From Anaerolineae bacterium (lineage in GTDB: Bacteria; Chloroflexota; Anaerolineae; B4-G1; SLSP01), in the NCBI GenBank assembly GCA_035373625.1, contig DAOSNS010000023.1, positions 7,890 to 71,889 on the forward strand: DNA of 64,000 nucleotides, read 5' to 3'. Both the position numbers and the translations under genes were made by a program. The notes under the pieces were generated by a model, which saw only the letters and a program-made list of their open reading frames with translations, had not been told where the DNA came from and made no database searches. Shown piece after piece: positions 18,156 through 29,157 of this stretch. Position 1 is the stretch's first letter, and each line of letters begins with the position of its first letter.

Positions 18156-18785
18156 TTACAGCGTAATACGGCGTGGGTGAACGCGGCAATGTTCGGCGGC
18201 AATGATATGCACAACCTGCTCCACGGCCTCGTCCAGCGCATCCTCGCGGTTCACCACTACATAATCGAACTCGCCGATACGGCGCATCTCCTCCCGCGCC
18301 ACGTGCATGCGATAGTGCAATTGCTCCTCGGATTCCGTCTGACGCCGTCGCAGGCGTTCGTACAACTCCTCCTCCGAAGCGGCGCTCACGAAGATGAGCA
18401 CGGCTTCGGGCACGAGGCGTTTGACCGTCGCCGCACCCTGCACATCCAGCCGCATCACCACATCCTTGCCACTGGCGAGCGCGTCGCGCACCTGCTGTTT
18501 GGGAATCCCCTTATACTGTCCGTAGACCATCGCGTGTTCCAAAAGCTCATCCTGGCGGATCATGTGCTGGAACTCACTTTCGGAGACGAAGAAGTAATCT
18601 ACACCGTGCACCTCTTCGGCGCGTGGAGGGCGCGATGTGGCCGTAACCACAAAGTGAAAAGGGTAATTCCGCTGCTTGAGTTGTTCGAGCACGCTGTCTT
18701 TGCCCACGCCCGAAGGCCCGGAAATGACGATCAACAACGGCGTATACGGACGCGCATACGGGTCGAGTTCCTGGTTTTCCGTCAT
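18156..18785 (-). CDS. gmk: Guanylate kinase
   Basis: P-loop ISGPSGVGKDSV plus conserved TTR/YGT-like regions. GAGGAG lies 7 nt before ATG 18785. Confidence 0.9.
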   Translation of the reverse strand: MTENQELDPYARPYTPLLIVISGPSGVGKDSVLEQLKQRNYPFHFVVTATSRPPRAEEVHGVDYFFVSESEFQHMIRQDELLEHAMVYGQYKGIPKQQVRDALASGKDVVMRLDVQGAATVKRLVPEAVLIFVSAASEEELYERLRRRQTESEEQLHYRMHVAREEMRRIGEFDYVVVNREDALDEAVEQVVHIIAAEHCRVHPRRITL

Positions 18786-18927
18786 CAACTTGCTCCTCGC
18801 CTACATTTTCGGTATAATGGTGTCCGGCGGATTCCCTGAACGTTTCGCCAGGGGATGGCGACCGCCGGGGAAAATCCAAACCCTACTATACCACATTTGA
18901 GCATATTTAAGAAAAAGGAGAGGAAAA

Positions 18928-19332
18928 ATGCCTATTTACGAATACCGTTGTCAGAAATGCCGTCGTCGGTTTTCGGTGTTTTGGCGCTCCTTTGCCGCGA
19001 TAGATGAGGGTAAAGTGGTTTGTAAATACTGCCACAGCCCGGAGGTGCGGCGGTTAGTCTCGCGCGTCCGCGTGCTGCGTTCCGAAGACAGTCGCCTCGA
19101 AGACCTGGCCGATCCCAGCGCCTGGGGCGGTTTTGACGAAAATGACCCCAAGAGCATGGGCCGCTTTATGCGCAAAATGGTCAATGAAATGGGCGATGAA
19201 GCCGGTGACCTGGGACCGGAGTTTGAAGAAGTCATTGACCGTCTGGAAGCCGGTCAAGACCCGGAGCAAATCGAAAAAGAGGTTCCTGACCTGCTCGGCG
19301 ACGCAGGCGCGGGCGACGATACGGACCTGTAA
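18928..19332 (+). CDS. FmdB-family zinc-ribbon protein with acidic tail
   Basis: MPIYEYRCQKCRRRF...CKYCHS. SD AAGGAGAGG. Confidence 0.75.
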   Translation: MPIYEYRCQKCRRRFSVFWRSFAAIDEGKVVCKYCHSPEVRRLVSRVRVLRSEDSRLEDLADPSAWGGFDENDPKSMGRFMRKMVNEMGDEAGDLGPEFEEVIDRLEAGQDPEQIEKEVPDLLGDAGAGDDTDL

Positions 19333-19443
19333 GGAAGGTAACCGAACCGGTGGTATAGCTCCGATAATGGAAATGATCGCAGGATTATCTGACTAACGAC
19401 TATCATCAGGCTATTTTCAGAGGCTATTTTTGGAGGAGGGCTT

Positions 19444-20244
19444 ATGTTAAAAGGGCGTTGGGCGTTGATTTTGGGGGCCTCCAGCGGCTTCGGCGCGGCA
19501 ACGGCGCGCGCCTTCGCCCATGCGGGAATGAACATCTTCGGCGTGCACCTCGACCCGCGCCGGACAATCGAACAGGCCGAGGCCGTCATCGCCGACGTGG
19601 AAGCCGCCGGAAGTCAGGCCGTCTTCTTCAACACCAACGCCGCCGATGCGCGCCGCCGCGCCCGCGTGCTCGAAGCCATCGCCGCCACGTTGCGCGACGC
19701 GCCATATCCGACCATCCACATGATGGTGCACACCCTGGCGTTTGGCAGTCTGCGTCCTTACATCGCCGAGACGCCGGAAGACGCCACCACCGAAGAGCAA
19801 ATGGAGATGACGCTGCGCGTGATGGCGCATAGCCTGGTTTACTGGACGCAAGACCTGGTGCGGGCAGGTTTGTTGGGGGCAGGCAGCCGCATCTATGCCC
19901 TGAGCAGCATCGGCTCCCAGCGGGCCGCGCCCTATTACGGGGCCGTCTCGGCGGCCAAAGCGGCGCTGGAAGCCCACATGCGTCAACTGGCGCTTGAGCT
20001 GGCCCCGCGCGGCATCGCCGTCAACTGCCTTATGCCCGGCGTCACCGACACGCCTGCGCTGCGTGCCATCCCCGGCCATGAGAAGCTCATCGAGGCCGTG
20101 CTGACCCATCATCCCGCTCACCGTCTGACCACGCCGGAGGATGTAGCGCACGTGCTTGTGGCCCTGGCGGATCCCCGCATCACCTGGATATCCGGGGCCA
20201 CGATCCCTGTGGATGGCGGCGAGGCCGCGGTCAGCCTCGCATAA
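19444..20244 (+). CDS. Short-chain dehydrogenase/reductase (SDR) family oxidoreductase
   Basis: Cofactor-binding ILGASSGFGAATA and Y..SAAK-like active-site region (YYGAVSAAKAAL). Confidence 0.8.
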   Translation: MLKGRWALILGASSGFGAATARAFAHAGMNIFGVHLDPRRTIEQAEAVIADVEAAGSQAVFFNTNAADARRRARVLEAIAATLRDAPYPTIHMMVHTLAFGSLRPYIAETPEDATTEEQMEMTLRVMAHSLVYWTQDLVRAGLLGAGSRIYALSSIGSQRAAPYYGAVSAAKAALEAHMRQLALELAPRGIAVNCLMPGVTDTPALRAIPGHEKLIEAVLTHHPAHRLTTPEDVAHVLVALADPRITWISGATIPVDGGEAAVSLA

Positions 20245-20260
20245 TAGAACTATCGTATTC

Positions 20261-20330
20261 AGGAAACTTTGTCCCGTTGGGCTGTCTGTTGTGCCGCTAA
20301 AGCGGCGTCTTTAGGGAAGGTTTTTTGTGG
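20261..20330 (+). repeat. Copy A of a dispersed ~66-nt intergenic element (core CTGTCTGTTGTGCCGCTAAA ... AGGGA.GGTTTTT)
   Basis: About 85 percent identical by eye to the reverse complement of 38938-39003. Core shared with 45081-45097. Confidence 0.75.
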
Positions 20331-20349
20331 TGGGGCATCGCATAAAGGT

Positions 20350-20377
20350 TTGACATTATCAATTGGTATGATAGAAT
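20350..20377 (+). promoter_or_regulatory. Sigma-70-type promoter for rpsA: TTGACA, 16-nt spacer, TGnTAGAAT
   Basis: TTGACA 20350-20355; TGATAGAAT ending at 20377. Confidence 0.6.
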
Positions 20378-20446
20378 ACGGGAAATTTCAGGAAACCGCC
20401 TAAGTTGCATGAGCAGAGCTAACTTGCAATACTGGGTGGAAGAGGA

Positions 20447-21772
20447 GTGGATGTGGAAGAAATAAAGGCGACCCCAACCGAACCCATGTCAATGGAGCAT
20501 TGGGAGAATGAGCTTGAAGAATCACTAGTCGGTACAGAACTGCGGCGCGGAGAACTCCGTGAGGGTACCGTCCTGGCACTTAAGGACGGCGGGCTGGTTG
20601 TGGACATTGGCTCAAAGCGCGATGGCTTCGTTCCCCGTGAAGACCTCGAAAACGTTGAGGGCAAAACCTTCAATGTCGGTGATACGATCAACGTCATCGT
20701 CACCAAATTCCGTGACTCTGATGGCAACGTTGAACTTTCTGTGTCTCAGGCCCTGCTTCAGGAAGACTGGATCAAGGCCGAGAAGCTGAAGGAATCGGAG
20801 GCCGTGTACGAAGCAAAGGTCCTGAACGCCAACCGTGGTGGCCTCACCGTGGAGTTCGGGCATTTGCGCGGTTTTATCCCCATGTCGCAGTTGATCGGCT
20901 TCTCCCGTATTCACCAACCGGCAGAGCGGCATCGGCGCCTGCGGGCGATGGTGGGGCAGTCCATTATGCTCAAAGTCATCGAGGTGAACCGCCGCCGTCG
21001 CCGTCTGATCCTCTCGCAGCGCGCTGCCGCGAAAGAATGGCGGGCAGCCCGCCGTGAGCAATTGTTAGAAGACCTGCAACCCGGTCAGGTGCGTCGTGGG
21101 CGCATCAGCCAGGTCACCGATTTCGGCATCTTTGTCAATTTGGGTGGGCTGGATGGCCTGGTGCATATCTCCGAGCTATCGTGGGGCCGCATCGAAGACC
21201 CCCGCGAAGTCTACCGTGAGGGCCAGCGCATCAAAGTTCGGGTGCTGAGCGTAGATCAGGACCGGCAGCGCATTGCTCTGAGCATCAAGGCTCTCTCGCC
21301 GGACCCCTGGGAAATCGCCCCGCAGAAATACCAGGAGGGCAAACTGGTAGAAGGCAAGGTCACGCAGGTGGTGGATTTCGGCATCTTCGTCGAGCTGGAA
21401 CCCGGCGTCGAAGGGTTGCTGCACAACTCCGAACTTGGCGACCTGGAACAGCGCAACGAATTGCAACCCGGATCGCGGGTGCTGGTGAAAGTCATTCGGG
21501 TCGAACCGGATCGGCGGCGCATTGGTCTCAGCGTCCGCCAGGTGCGCCGCGATGAATGGGAGGAATGGGCAGCCGCCAAAGCCGCGGAGGCTCAGGCTAA
21601 AGAGAAGGCCGGGGCACAGGCTGTGGTCGAAGAGGAAGAAGAGGAAGAAGACCAGTTCGACGATGATTTGCTGTCTGAAGCCGCGGAAGCGTTCGACGAG
21701 GTTGATGAGGCTTCAGAAGTTGCCGTCGAAGGTGATGCCCTGGACGAAGTTGATGCCGAAGCAGAGGCATAA
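20447..21772 (+). CDS. rpsA: 30S ribosomal protein S1 (four S1 domains) with acidic C-terminal tail
   Basis: Repeated S1 motifs (GFIPMSQL, FGIFVNL, FGIFVEL). Tail EEEEEEEDQFDDD. Alternative GTG start at 20453 has better SD spacing. Confidence 0.85.
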   Translation: MDVEEIKATPTEPMSMEHWENELEESLVGTELRRGELREGTVLALKDGGLVVDIGSKRDGFVPREDLENVEGKTFNVGDTINVIVTKFRDSDGNVELSVSQALLQEDWIKAEKLKESEAVYEAKVLNANRGGLTVEFGHLRGFIPMSQLIGFSRIHQPAERHRRLRAMVGQSIMLKVIEVNRRRRRLILSQRAAAKEWRAARREQLLEDLQPGQVRRGRISQVTDFGIFVNLGGLDGLVHISELSWGRIEDPREVYREGQRIKVRVLSVDQDRQRIALSIKALSPDPWEIAPQKYQEGKLVEGKVTQVVDFGIFVELEPGVEGLLHNSELGDLEQRNELQPGSRVLVKVIRVEPDRRRIGLSVRQVRRDEWEEWAAAKAAEAQAKEKAGAQAVVEEEEEEEDQFDDDLLSEAAEAFDEVDEASEVAVEGDALDEVDAEAEA

Positions 21773-21784
21773 AGGGGAAGCCGG

Positions 21785-22045
21785 ATGGGTAGTAAAGAAG
21801 AAAAAATCGTTGTCGAAGGCACGATCGTAGAAGCGCTTCCCGGAACACAGTTCCGTGTGCATCTCGATTCGGGCCATGAAGTCCTGGCCTACCTGTCCGG
21901 AAAAATGCGCAAATACTACATCCGCATCCTCTTGGGGGATCGCGTGCGTGTGGAGCTTTCGCCGTATGATCTCACCCGTGGACGGATCGTCTACCGCCAC
22001 AAAAAGCAGCGTGGCGGTCTGGTCGAAGACGAGGACGAGTATTAA
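21785..22045 (+). CDS. infA: Translation initiation factor IF-1 with 14-aa acidic C-terminal extension
   Basis: [62 protein letters not shown]. Confidence 0.9.
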   Translation: MGSKEEKIVVEGTIVEALPGTQFRVHLDSGHEVLAYLSGKMRKYYIRILLGDRVRVELSPYDLTRGRIVYRHKKQRGGLVEDEDEY

Positions 22046-22062
22046 ATCAACAACAAAACAAA

Positions 22063-22092
22063 AACGCCGGTCCATTGGACCGGCGTTTTTGT
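22063..22092 (+). terminator. Rho-independent terminator after infA
   Basis: AACGCCGGTCC-ATT-GGACCGGCGTT (11-bp stem) followed by TTTTTGTTGG. Confidence 0.85.
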
Positions 22093-22143
22093 TGGTATGT
22101 TCGAACGTTCTAACTGGTCTATTTTATAGAAGTATGCTATACT

Positions 22144-22172
22144 TTGTAAAAAGCTGTTTCGCAAAGTAGAAT
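22144..22172 (+). promoter_or_regulatory. Sigma-70-type promoter for the TA pair: TTGTAA, 17-nt spacer, TAGAAT; flanked by ACTTTG..CAAAGT inverted arms
   Basis: TTGTAA 22144-22149 and TAGAAT 22167-22172. Confidence 0.5.
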
Positions 22173-22186
22173 GGGGGTGGTGTAAA

Positions 22187-22432
22187 ATGGAAGCTGTTTT
22201 GGTAAAACTCAGTGAACGTAATCAAATGGTGCTGCCTCGTGCGGCGCGCGCGGCGCTAGGGGTGAAACCCGGTGGGCGAGTGCTGGTAGTGGTAGAGCGA
22301 GAAAGCGTGCGCCTGTTGCCGGAGCCGGAAAGCTGGACGGACTATATTTATGGTTTGGGCGCAGAGGTGTGGGCCGCGCTCGGCGGCGGCGAGCATTTTC
22401 TGGCCGAGGAGCGTGCCGCGTGGGAACGTTGA
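22187..22432 (+). CDS. vapB: AbrB/SpoVT-fold antitoxin (VapB-like)
   Basis: VKLSERNQMVLPRAARAALGVKPGGRVLVVVE. The stop overlaps the start of the PIN gene. Confidence 0.7.
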   Translation: MEAVLVKLSERNQMVLPRAARAALGVKPGGRVLVVVERESVRLLPEPESWTDYIYGLGAEVWAALGGGEHFLAEERAAWER

Positions 22433-22875
22433 GCGAATTGACTGTACGTCTACAAAGCGCAAAGAGGATTGCGTTAGACACGGTCGTTTTTATCTATGCG
22501 TTTGAACGTCATCCACACTATGGCGCACGGGCACAAGCCGTCTTTCGCTTGCTGGAAACGGGTGTTTGCCAGGGTGTGGTCTCGGTATTGGCATTGGGTG
22601 AAATTCTCACCGGCGTTAAAAAGGCCGACAATCCTGAGCTGCTCTTGCGCTACCGTGATGTCCTGACACGCTTCCCCGGCCTATCGTTGTTGGATGCGGA
22701 TGTCGCTGTGATGGAAGCCATGTCGGATTTGCGCGTGCGCTACGCCCTGCCCACCCCAGATGCCATCCACCTGGCGACAGCCATCGTGGGCGGCGCGCAT
22801 GCCTTCGTCACCAACGATGCGCGTCTGCAGCAGGTCAAGGAACTCGAAATCATCCTGCTGGCGGATTGGGAGTAG
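22420..22875 (+). CDS. vapC: PIN-domain ribonuclease toxin (VapC-like)
   Basis: IALDTVVFIYAFE (first acidic residue), later LLDAD and PTPDAIHLATA, C-terminal TND. Start is GTG 22420 or TTG 22429 (track 22369). Confidence 0.7.
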   Translation: MGTLSELTVRLQSAKRIALDTVVFIYAFERHPHYGARAQAVFRLLETGVCQGVVSVLALGEILTGVKKADNPELLLRYRDVLTRFPGLSLLDADVAVMEAMSDLRVRYALPTPDAIHLATAIVGGAHAFVTNDARLQQVKELEIILLADWE

Positions 22876-22891
22876 GTAATTTTAGAAGGGT

Positions 22892-24939
<2,048 letters not shown>

Positions 24940-24946
24940 TCACACG

Positions 24947-25777
24947 TCAAGCGGCGTCTGTGCAAGCGCCGGGTGCTTCTGAACCATTACCTGTGTTTTC
25001 TGCCTCATCGGTTACGGCCGGCGGCGTTTCGAGTTCAGGTGCGGTCGTGGTTTCGGCTGGCGACGCCGCCTCGATGATTCCGGGTTCCGACACTGTACCG
25101 GCTGCTGTTTCTTCCACCGCAGGCGCCACGGCGGGCGCTTTGGCGACCACAACGGACGTTGGCCTCAGCACGCGCTCGCCCAATAGATAACCACGCTCGA
25201 CTTCGGCGATGATCTGCCCTTCCGCAAAGCCGGGCATTTCTTGATGTAGCAGGGCGTTGTGGTAAAGCGGATCAAAGGTGTCGCCCGGCTGGACCTGAAT
25301 GGGCCGGACGTTCTCCGCTTCGAGGATCCCCGCCAGTTTGCGCCGGATCAGGGTGATCCCCTCCAGCCACGCATGGCCGGCGAATTCGGCCGGCAGAGCC
25401 TGGAACGCGCGCTCGAAGTCGTCCAGTACGGGCAGGAGCCGGGTCAGGAGCGCGGCGTTCGCCACACTGCGCCATGAGACCTGTTCGGCCTCCGTGCGTT
25501 TGCGGTAATTCGCAAAGGCCGCCTGAGAACGTTGCAAGCCGTCCAGATATTCCGCCGCTTTGCTTTCGGCCTCGGCCAGTTGTGCTTCGAGTTGTGCGAT
25601 CTTGTCACGCAATTCGTCTTCTACACTGACTGCTTCTGTTGCACTTTCTTCCACCGCCTCCGGTGCGGCGGCTGTTTCTTCGACTGTAGCCGTTACAGGT
25701 TCGGGTGTAGTGGTTTCATTTTCTGCAACACATTCTTCTTCGACAGTCCATGCTTCACGAATTTCATCGGTTGTCAT
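24947..25777 (-). CDS. grpE: Nucleotide exchange factor GrpE
   Basis: LLPVLDDFERA...FDPLYHNALL...GYLLGERVLRPTSVVV. Confidence 0.9.
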   Translation of the reverse strand: MTTDEIREAWTVEEECVAENETTTPEPVTATVEETAAAPEAVEESATEAVSVEDELRDKIAQLEAQLAEAESKAAEYLDGLQRSQAAFANYRKRTEAEQVSWRSVANAALLTRLLPVLDDFERAFQALPAEFAGHAWLEGITLIRRKLAGILEAENVRPIQVQPGDTFDPLYHNALLHQEMPGFAEGQIIAEVERGYLLGERVLRPTSVVVAKAPAVAPAVEETAAGTVSEPGIIEAASPAETTTAPELETPPAVTDEAENTGNGSEAPGACTDAA

Positions 25778-25791
25778 AACCTCGTCCTCCG

Positions 25792-26904
25792 TTAGAATTG
25801 TCCTTCAAAGTCCAGCAGGGGCTCACGTGTGCCGGGTTCGTACATTTCGTAGACCATTTCGCCGAGGATGTTCGCCACAAAGCGCACCGCCGAGATGGTG
25901 CGTCCGTAAGGCATGCGGATCGGTCCGACGACACCCAACGCACCCGTGGCGTAATCCATCACGCCGTAGCGCGTCAAGACAATGCTGCACGCCCGCAGCT
26001 CATCCCAGCGCCCTTCTCCACCGATGAGCACGCACACGTTGCCGACCCCCACCGCCGGCGTGAGCGTCTCGGAGAGTACGGCCTGGAGCAGGCTGCGCTC
26101 TTCCAAAACCCGCACCACCGAGGTCGAGGCAACATCGCCTTCGACGAATTCCGGTTCCTGGAGCAATTCGGAAAGCCCGTGTTGATAGATTTCATCCGAG
26201 GGCATGCCTTCGGATTTACGCATGATGGAGATGACAAGCCGCGCAACGTCCGCCTCCAGTGAAGGCAATTCGCCGATACGCGATTCGATGTCTGCGGCGC
26301 GCAGACCGGCAAAAATCTGGTTGAGTCGGTCGGCGGCCTCGCGCAGCGCCGTCTGTGTCATCGGCTCCGAAAGCGCCAGCATTTGTTGTTCGACCATGCC
26401 GCCTTGCAACACCAGGATCAGCAGGATCGCCCGCCCGTGCGTGAGGATCAGCTCCAGGTGTTTATAAACCGGCTGCATGGTGCGCGGTGCGGTCACGACA
26501 GAAGCACCGCCGGAAGTCTGCGCCAGCACCGAGGAGGCCAGTGGCAGCCATGATTCAATGCGATCACGCGCCTGGTAGAACTGGTGCGCGATCCGCCGCT
26601 GTTCGGCCAGTGGGAGGCTCTGTTCCTCCATCAGCCGCGCCACGAAGTAACGGAATCCGGCCTCGGTGGGCATGCGCCCGGCGGAAGTATGGGGCTGTGT
26701 GAGATAGCCGAGCGACTCGAGCGCCGCCATCTCGTTGCGCACCGTCGCCGGGCTGAATTTGAGATTGTATTTTTCAACCAGGGTGCGCGAAGCAACCGGC
26801 CCGGTGGATTCGACATGCTCCCGGACGATTAGCTTCAGCAGTAAACTCTGACGCTCGGTCAGTTCAGGCATGTCGGTCATCTTCGTTCCTTGTTGATTGT
26901 CCAT
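25792..26904 (-). CDS. hrcA: Heat-inducible transcription repressor HrcA
   Basis: LTERQSLLLKLIVREHVESTGPVASRTLVEKYNLKFSPATVRNEMAALESLGYL. Start ambiguous (Met at 26904, 26880 or 26871; track 26985). Confidence 0.9.
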   Translation of the reverse strand: MDNQQGTKMTDMPELTERQSLLLKLIVREHVESTGPVASRTLVEKYNLKFSPATVRNEMAALESLGYLTQPHTSAGRMPTEAGFRYFVARLMEEQSLPLAEQRRIAHQFYQARDRIESWLPLASSVLAQTSGGASVVTAPRTMQPVYKHLELILTHGRAILLILVLQGGMVEQQMLALSEPMTQTALREAADRLNQIFAGLRAADIESRIGELPSLEADVARLVISIMRKSEGMPSDEIYQHGLSELLQEPEFVEGDVASTSVVRVLEERSLLQAVLSETLTPAVGVGNVCVLIGGEGRWDELRACSIVLTRYGVMDYATGALGVVGPIRMPYGRTISAVRFVANILGEMVYEMYEPGTREPLLDFEGQF

Positions 26905-27021
26905 AATCTGCTCCAAAATGTGCGTTGGAACTTTGTCTTTGTCCAACTGTCGGTAAATTCCTGAGATTCGTTCAGTGAACTCCAATTTTCTGAACGCCGA
27001 TTGATCGAAAACGACCGCGTT

Positions 27022-27048
27022 TTAGCACTCGTAATCATAGAGTGCTAA
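27022..27048. promoter_or_regulatory. CIRCE operator, perfect consensus TTAGCACTC-N9-GAGTGCTAA
   Basis: TTAGCACTC 27022-27030 and GAGTGCTAA 27040-27048, directly downstream of the hrcA promoter. Confidence 0.92.
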
Positions 27049-27061
27049 AATCCATACATAA

Positions 27062-27089
27062 ATAATACCATGAAGAGGGCATGTGTCAA
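27062..27089 (-). promoter_or_regulatory. Sigma-70-type promoter of the hrcA operon: TTGACA, 16-nt spacer, TATTAT
   Basis: Minus strand: TTGACA (27084-27089) and TATTAT (27062-27067). Confidence 0.7.
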
Positions 27090-27169
27090 CATTGAGATTG
27101 GGACTTTTGAAGTTGTAGTTTTTGGATACAATGGGAGATATTCTACCAGTGCAAATCGGGAGGTTTTTT

Positions 27170-28207
27170 ATGGGGAAGAAGGTTGTTACGTTTGGTGAGA
27201 TTATGATGCGTCTGGCGCCGCCGGGGTTTCTGCGTTTTGGACAGGCGCGCTCGTTCGATGTCATCTACGGCGGTGGTGAAGCGAACGTCGCCGTCTCGCT
27301 GGCGAACTTCGGTGTGCCGGTCAACTACGTCACCCGCCTGCCCAACAACGACCTGGGTGAGGCATGCCTCCAATTCATCCGGCAGTACGGTGTGGGGACG
27401 GATTACATTGTGCGTGGCGGTGAGCGGTTGGGCATCTATTTCCTGGAGACGGGGGCCGCGCAGCGCGGCAGCAAAGTCATCTATGATCGGGCTAACTCGT
27501 CCCTTGCCACGATCAAGCGCGGTATGGTAGATTGGCGGACGGTTTTCGCCGACGCGGACTGGTTCCACTGGACGGGCATCACGCCCGCGATCTCGGAGGG
27601 AGCTGCCGATGTGTGCCTGGAAGCGGTACAGGTTGCCAAAGAGATGGGGCTGACCGTGTCCTGTGATCTCAACTTCCGCGCCAAGTTGTGGAAGTGGGGC
27701 AAGAAGGCCGGCGAGGTGATGTCCGAACTGGTGCGTTACAGCGACATCGCCATCGGCAACGAGGAGGACGCGGACAAGGTGTTCGGTATCAAAGCGCCCG
27801 ACGCGGATGTGACGGCGGGGAAGGTGGAGGCCGAAGGCTACAAGTACGTTTGCACGGCGTTGGTGGAACGCTTCCCCAACCTCAGCACCATCGCCATTAC
27901 GCTGCGTGGGTCGCTCTCGGCAAGTCACAACACCTGGTCGGGTGTGCTGTGGCACAAGGGCGCGTTCTACAGCGCGCCGGTGTACGACATTGTGCACATC
28001 GTGGATCGCGTCGGCGGTGGCGATGCGTTCGGCGCCGGGCTGATCTACGGTCTGCGTACCTATGGTGAGGATGTGCAGAAGGCGCTGGACTTTGCCGTCG
28101 CCGCGTCGTGCCTCAAACACTCGATCCTGGGCGATTTTAACCTGGTGACCGTGGATGAGGTCGAAAAGCTGATGGGCGGCGATGTCTCGGGCCGCGTCTC
28201 GCGGTAA
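27170..28207 (+). CDS. kdgK: 2-dehydro-3-deoxygluconokinase (PfkB family sugar kinase)
   Basis: MGKKVVTFGEIMMRLAPPGF...GGGEANVAVSLANFG...VDRVGGGDAFGAGLIYGL. GGGAGG lies 6 nt before ATG 27170. Confidence 0.85.
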   Translation: MGKKVVTFGEIMMRLAPPGFLRFGQARSFDVIYGGGEANVAVSLANFGVPVNYVTRLPNNDLGEACLQFIRQYGVGTDYIVRGGERLGIYFLETGAAQRGSKVIYDRANSSLATIKRGMVDWRTVFADADWFHWTGITPAISEGAADVCLEAVQVAKEMGLTVSCDLNFRAKLWKWGKKAGEVMSELVRYSDIAIGNEEDADKVFGIKAPDADVTAGKVEAEGYKYVCTALVERFPNLSTIAITLRGSLSASHNTWSGVLWHKGAFYSAPVYDIVHIVDRVGGGDAFGAGLIYGLRTYGEDVQKALDFAVAASCLKHSILGDFNLVTVDEVEKLMGGDVSGRVSR

Positions 28208-28547
28208 AAATTCTTGCCACAGAGAACACAGAGCACTCAGAGGATTTTTCTCTGCGCTCTCTGTGTTCTCGGTGGCTATTTGAGAGGAGAACAGTATGGC
28301 ACGCTTTGATCGGATGACGGTGTTGAACAGGATTATGGAGTTGGGCCTCGTGCCGGTGTTTTATCACGCGGATGCGGTAAAAATTCTTGCTACAGAGAAC
28401 ACAGAGCACTCAGAGGATTTTTCTCTGTGATCTCTGTGTTCTCGGTGGCTATTTGAGAGGAGAACAGTATGGCACGCTTTGATCGGATGACGGTGTTGAA
28501 CAGGATTATGGAGTTGGGCCTCGTGCCGGTGTTTTATCACGCGGATG
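28202..28547 (+). repeat. Tandem duplication, 2 x 173 bp (3 mismatches), covering the kdgK stop, the intergenic hairpin, the eda SD and eda codons 1-26
   Basis: Copy 1 at 28202-28374, copy 2 at 28375-28547. Each copy holds a ~59-nt hairpin (copy 1 at 28217-28275: CCACAGAGAACACAGAG...CTCTGTGTTCTCGGTGG). Confidence 0.95.
28296..28430 (+). pseudogene. Truncated duplicate of the eda 5' end (26 authentic codons plus 18 unrelated codons, then TGA)
   Basis: MARFDRMTVLNRIMELGLVPVFYHAD is identical to the eda N-terminus. The frame then runs into the duplicated intergenic sequence. Confidence 0.7.
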
Positions 28548-29143
28548 TGGAGGTCGCTGCGAAGGTCGTGGCAGCGTGCGCGGCGGGCGGGGCGACGGTG
28601 GTGGAGTTCACCAACCGGGGCGACTACGCGCCGCAGGTATTTCTTGAGTTGAGCAAGCATTTTGCTAAGGCCGATCCCAACATCATTCTCGGTGTAGGCT
28701 CTATTGTGGATGCGCCCACGGCGGCGCTGTATATCGCTTATGGCGCCAATTTCATCGTCGGTCCGAACCTGAATCCTGAGGTGGCACGGTTATGCAACCG
28801 GCGCAAGATTCCCTATTCGCCGGGGTGTGGCAGCGCGACGGAAATCGCCGAAGCGGAGGAATTGGGCGTGGAGATCGTCAAAGTCTTCCCCGGTAAGTCG
28901 GTCGGCGGGCCGGACTTCGTCAAGTCGGTGCTGGGGCCGTGCCCGTGGACGCGCATCATGCCGACCGGCGGCGTGGACGCCACGCAGGAGAGCATCAATG
29001 CCTGGTTCAAGGCGGGTGTGGCCTGCGTGGGGATCGGTTCGCAGCTCATCACCAAGCAGATTCTCGCCACGGGGGATTTCGAGGGGCTGGCGCAGAAGAC
29101 GGCACAGGTCTTGCAGTGGATCCGCGAGGTGCGTGGGAAGTAG
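28469..29143 (+). CDS. eda: KDPG / 4-hydroxy-2-oxoglutarate aldolase
   Basis: VVEFTNRG...GVGSIVD...VKVFPG...MPTGGV family pattern; adjacent to kdgK. Confidence 0.85.
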   Translation: MARFDRMTVLNRIMELGLVPVFYHADVEVAAKVVAACAAGGATVVEFTNRGDYAPQVFLELSKHFAKADPNIILGVGSIVDAPTAALYIAYGANFIVGPNLNPEVARLCNRRKIPYSPGCGSATEIAEAEELGVEIVKVFPGKSVGGPDFVKSVLGPCPWTRIMPTGGVDATQESINAWFKAGVACVGIGSQLITKQILATGDFEGLAQKTAQVLQWIREVRGK

Positions 29144-29157
29144 GGGCGGTTTTTTAT

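Noticed and set aside
27086-27169. Sigma-70 promoter for kdgK (TTGAAG ... TACAAT)
   Set aside because: The spacer is only 14 nt, and the alternative -35 candidates give spacers of more than 20 nt. I cannot support a call.
27143-28120. 325-aa minus-strand ORF
   Set aside because: It is antisense to kdgK, which has clear PfkB motifs and a good SD.
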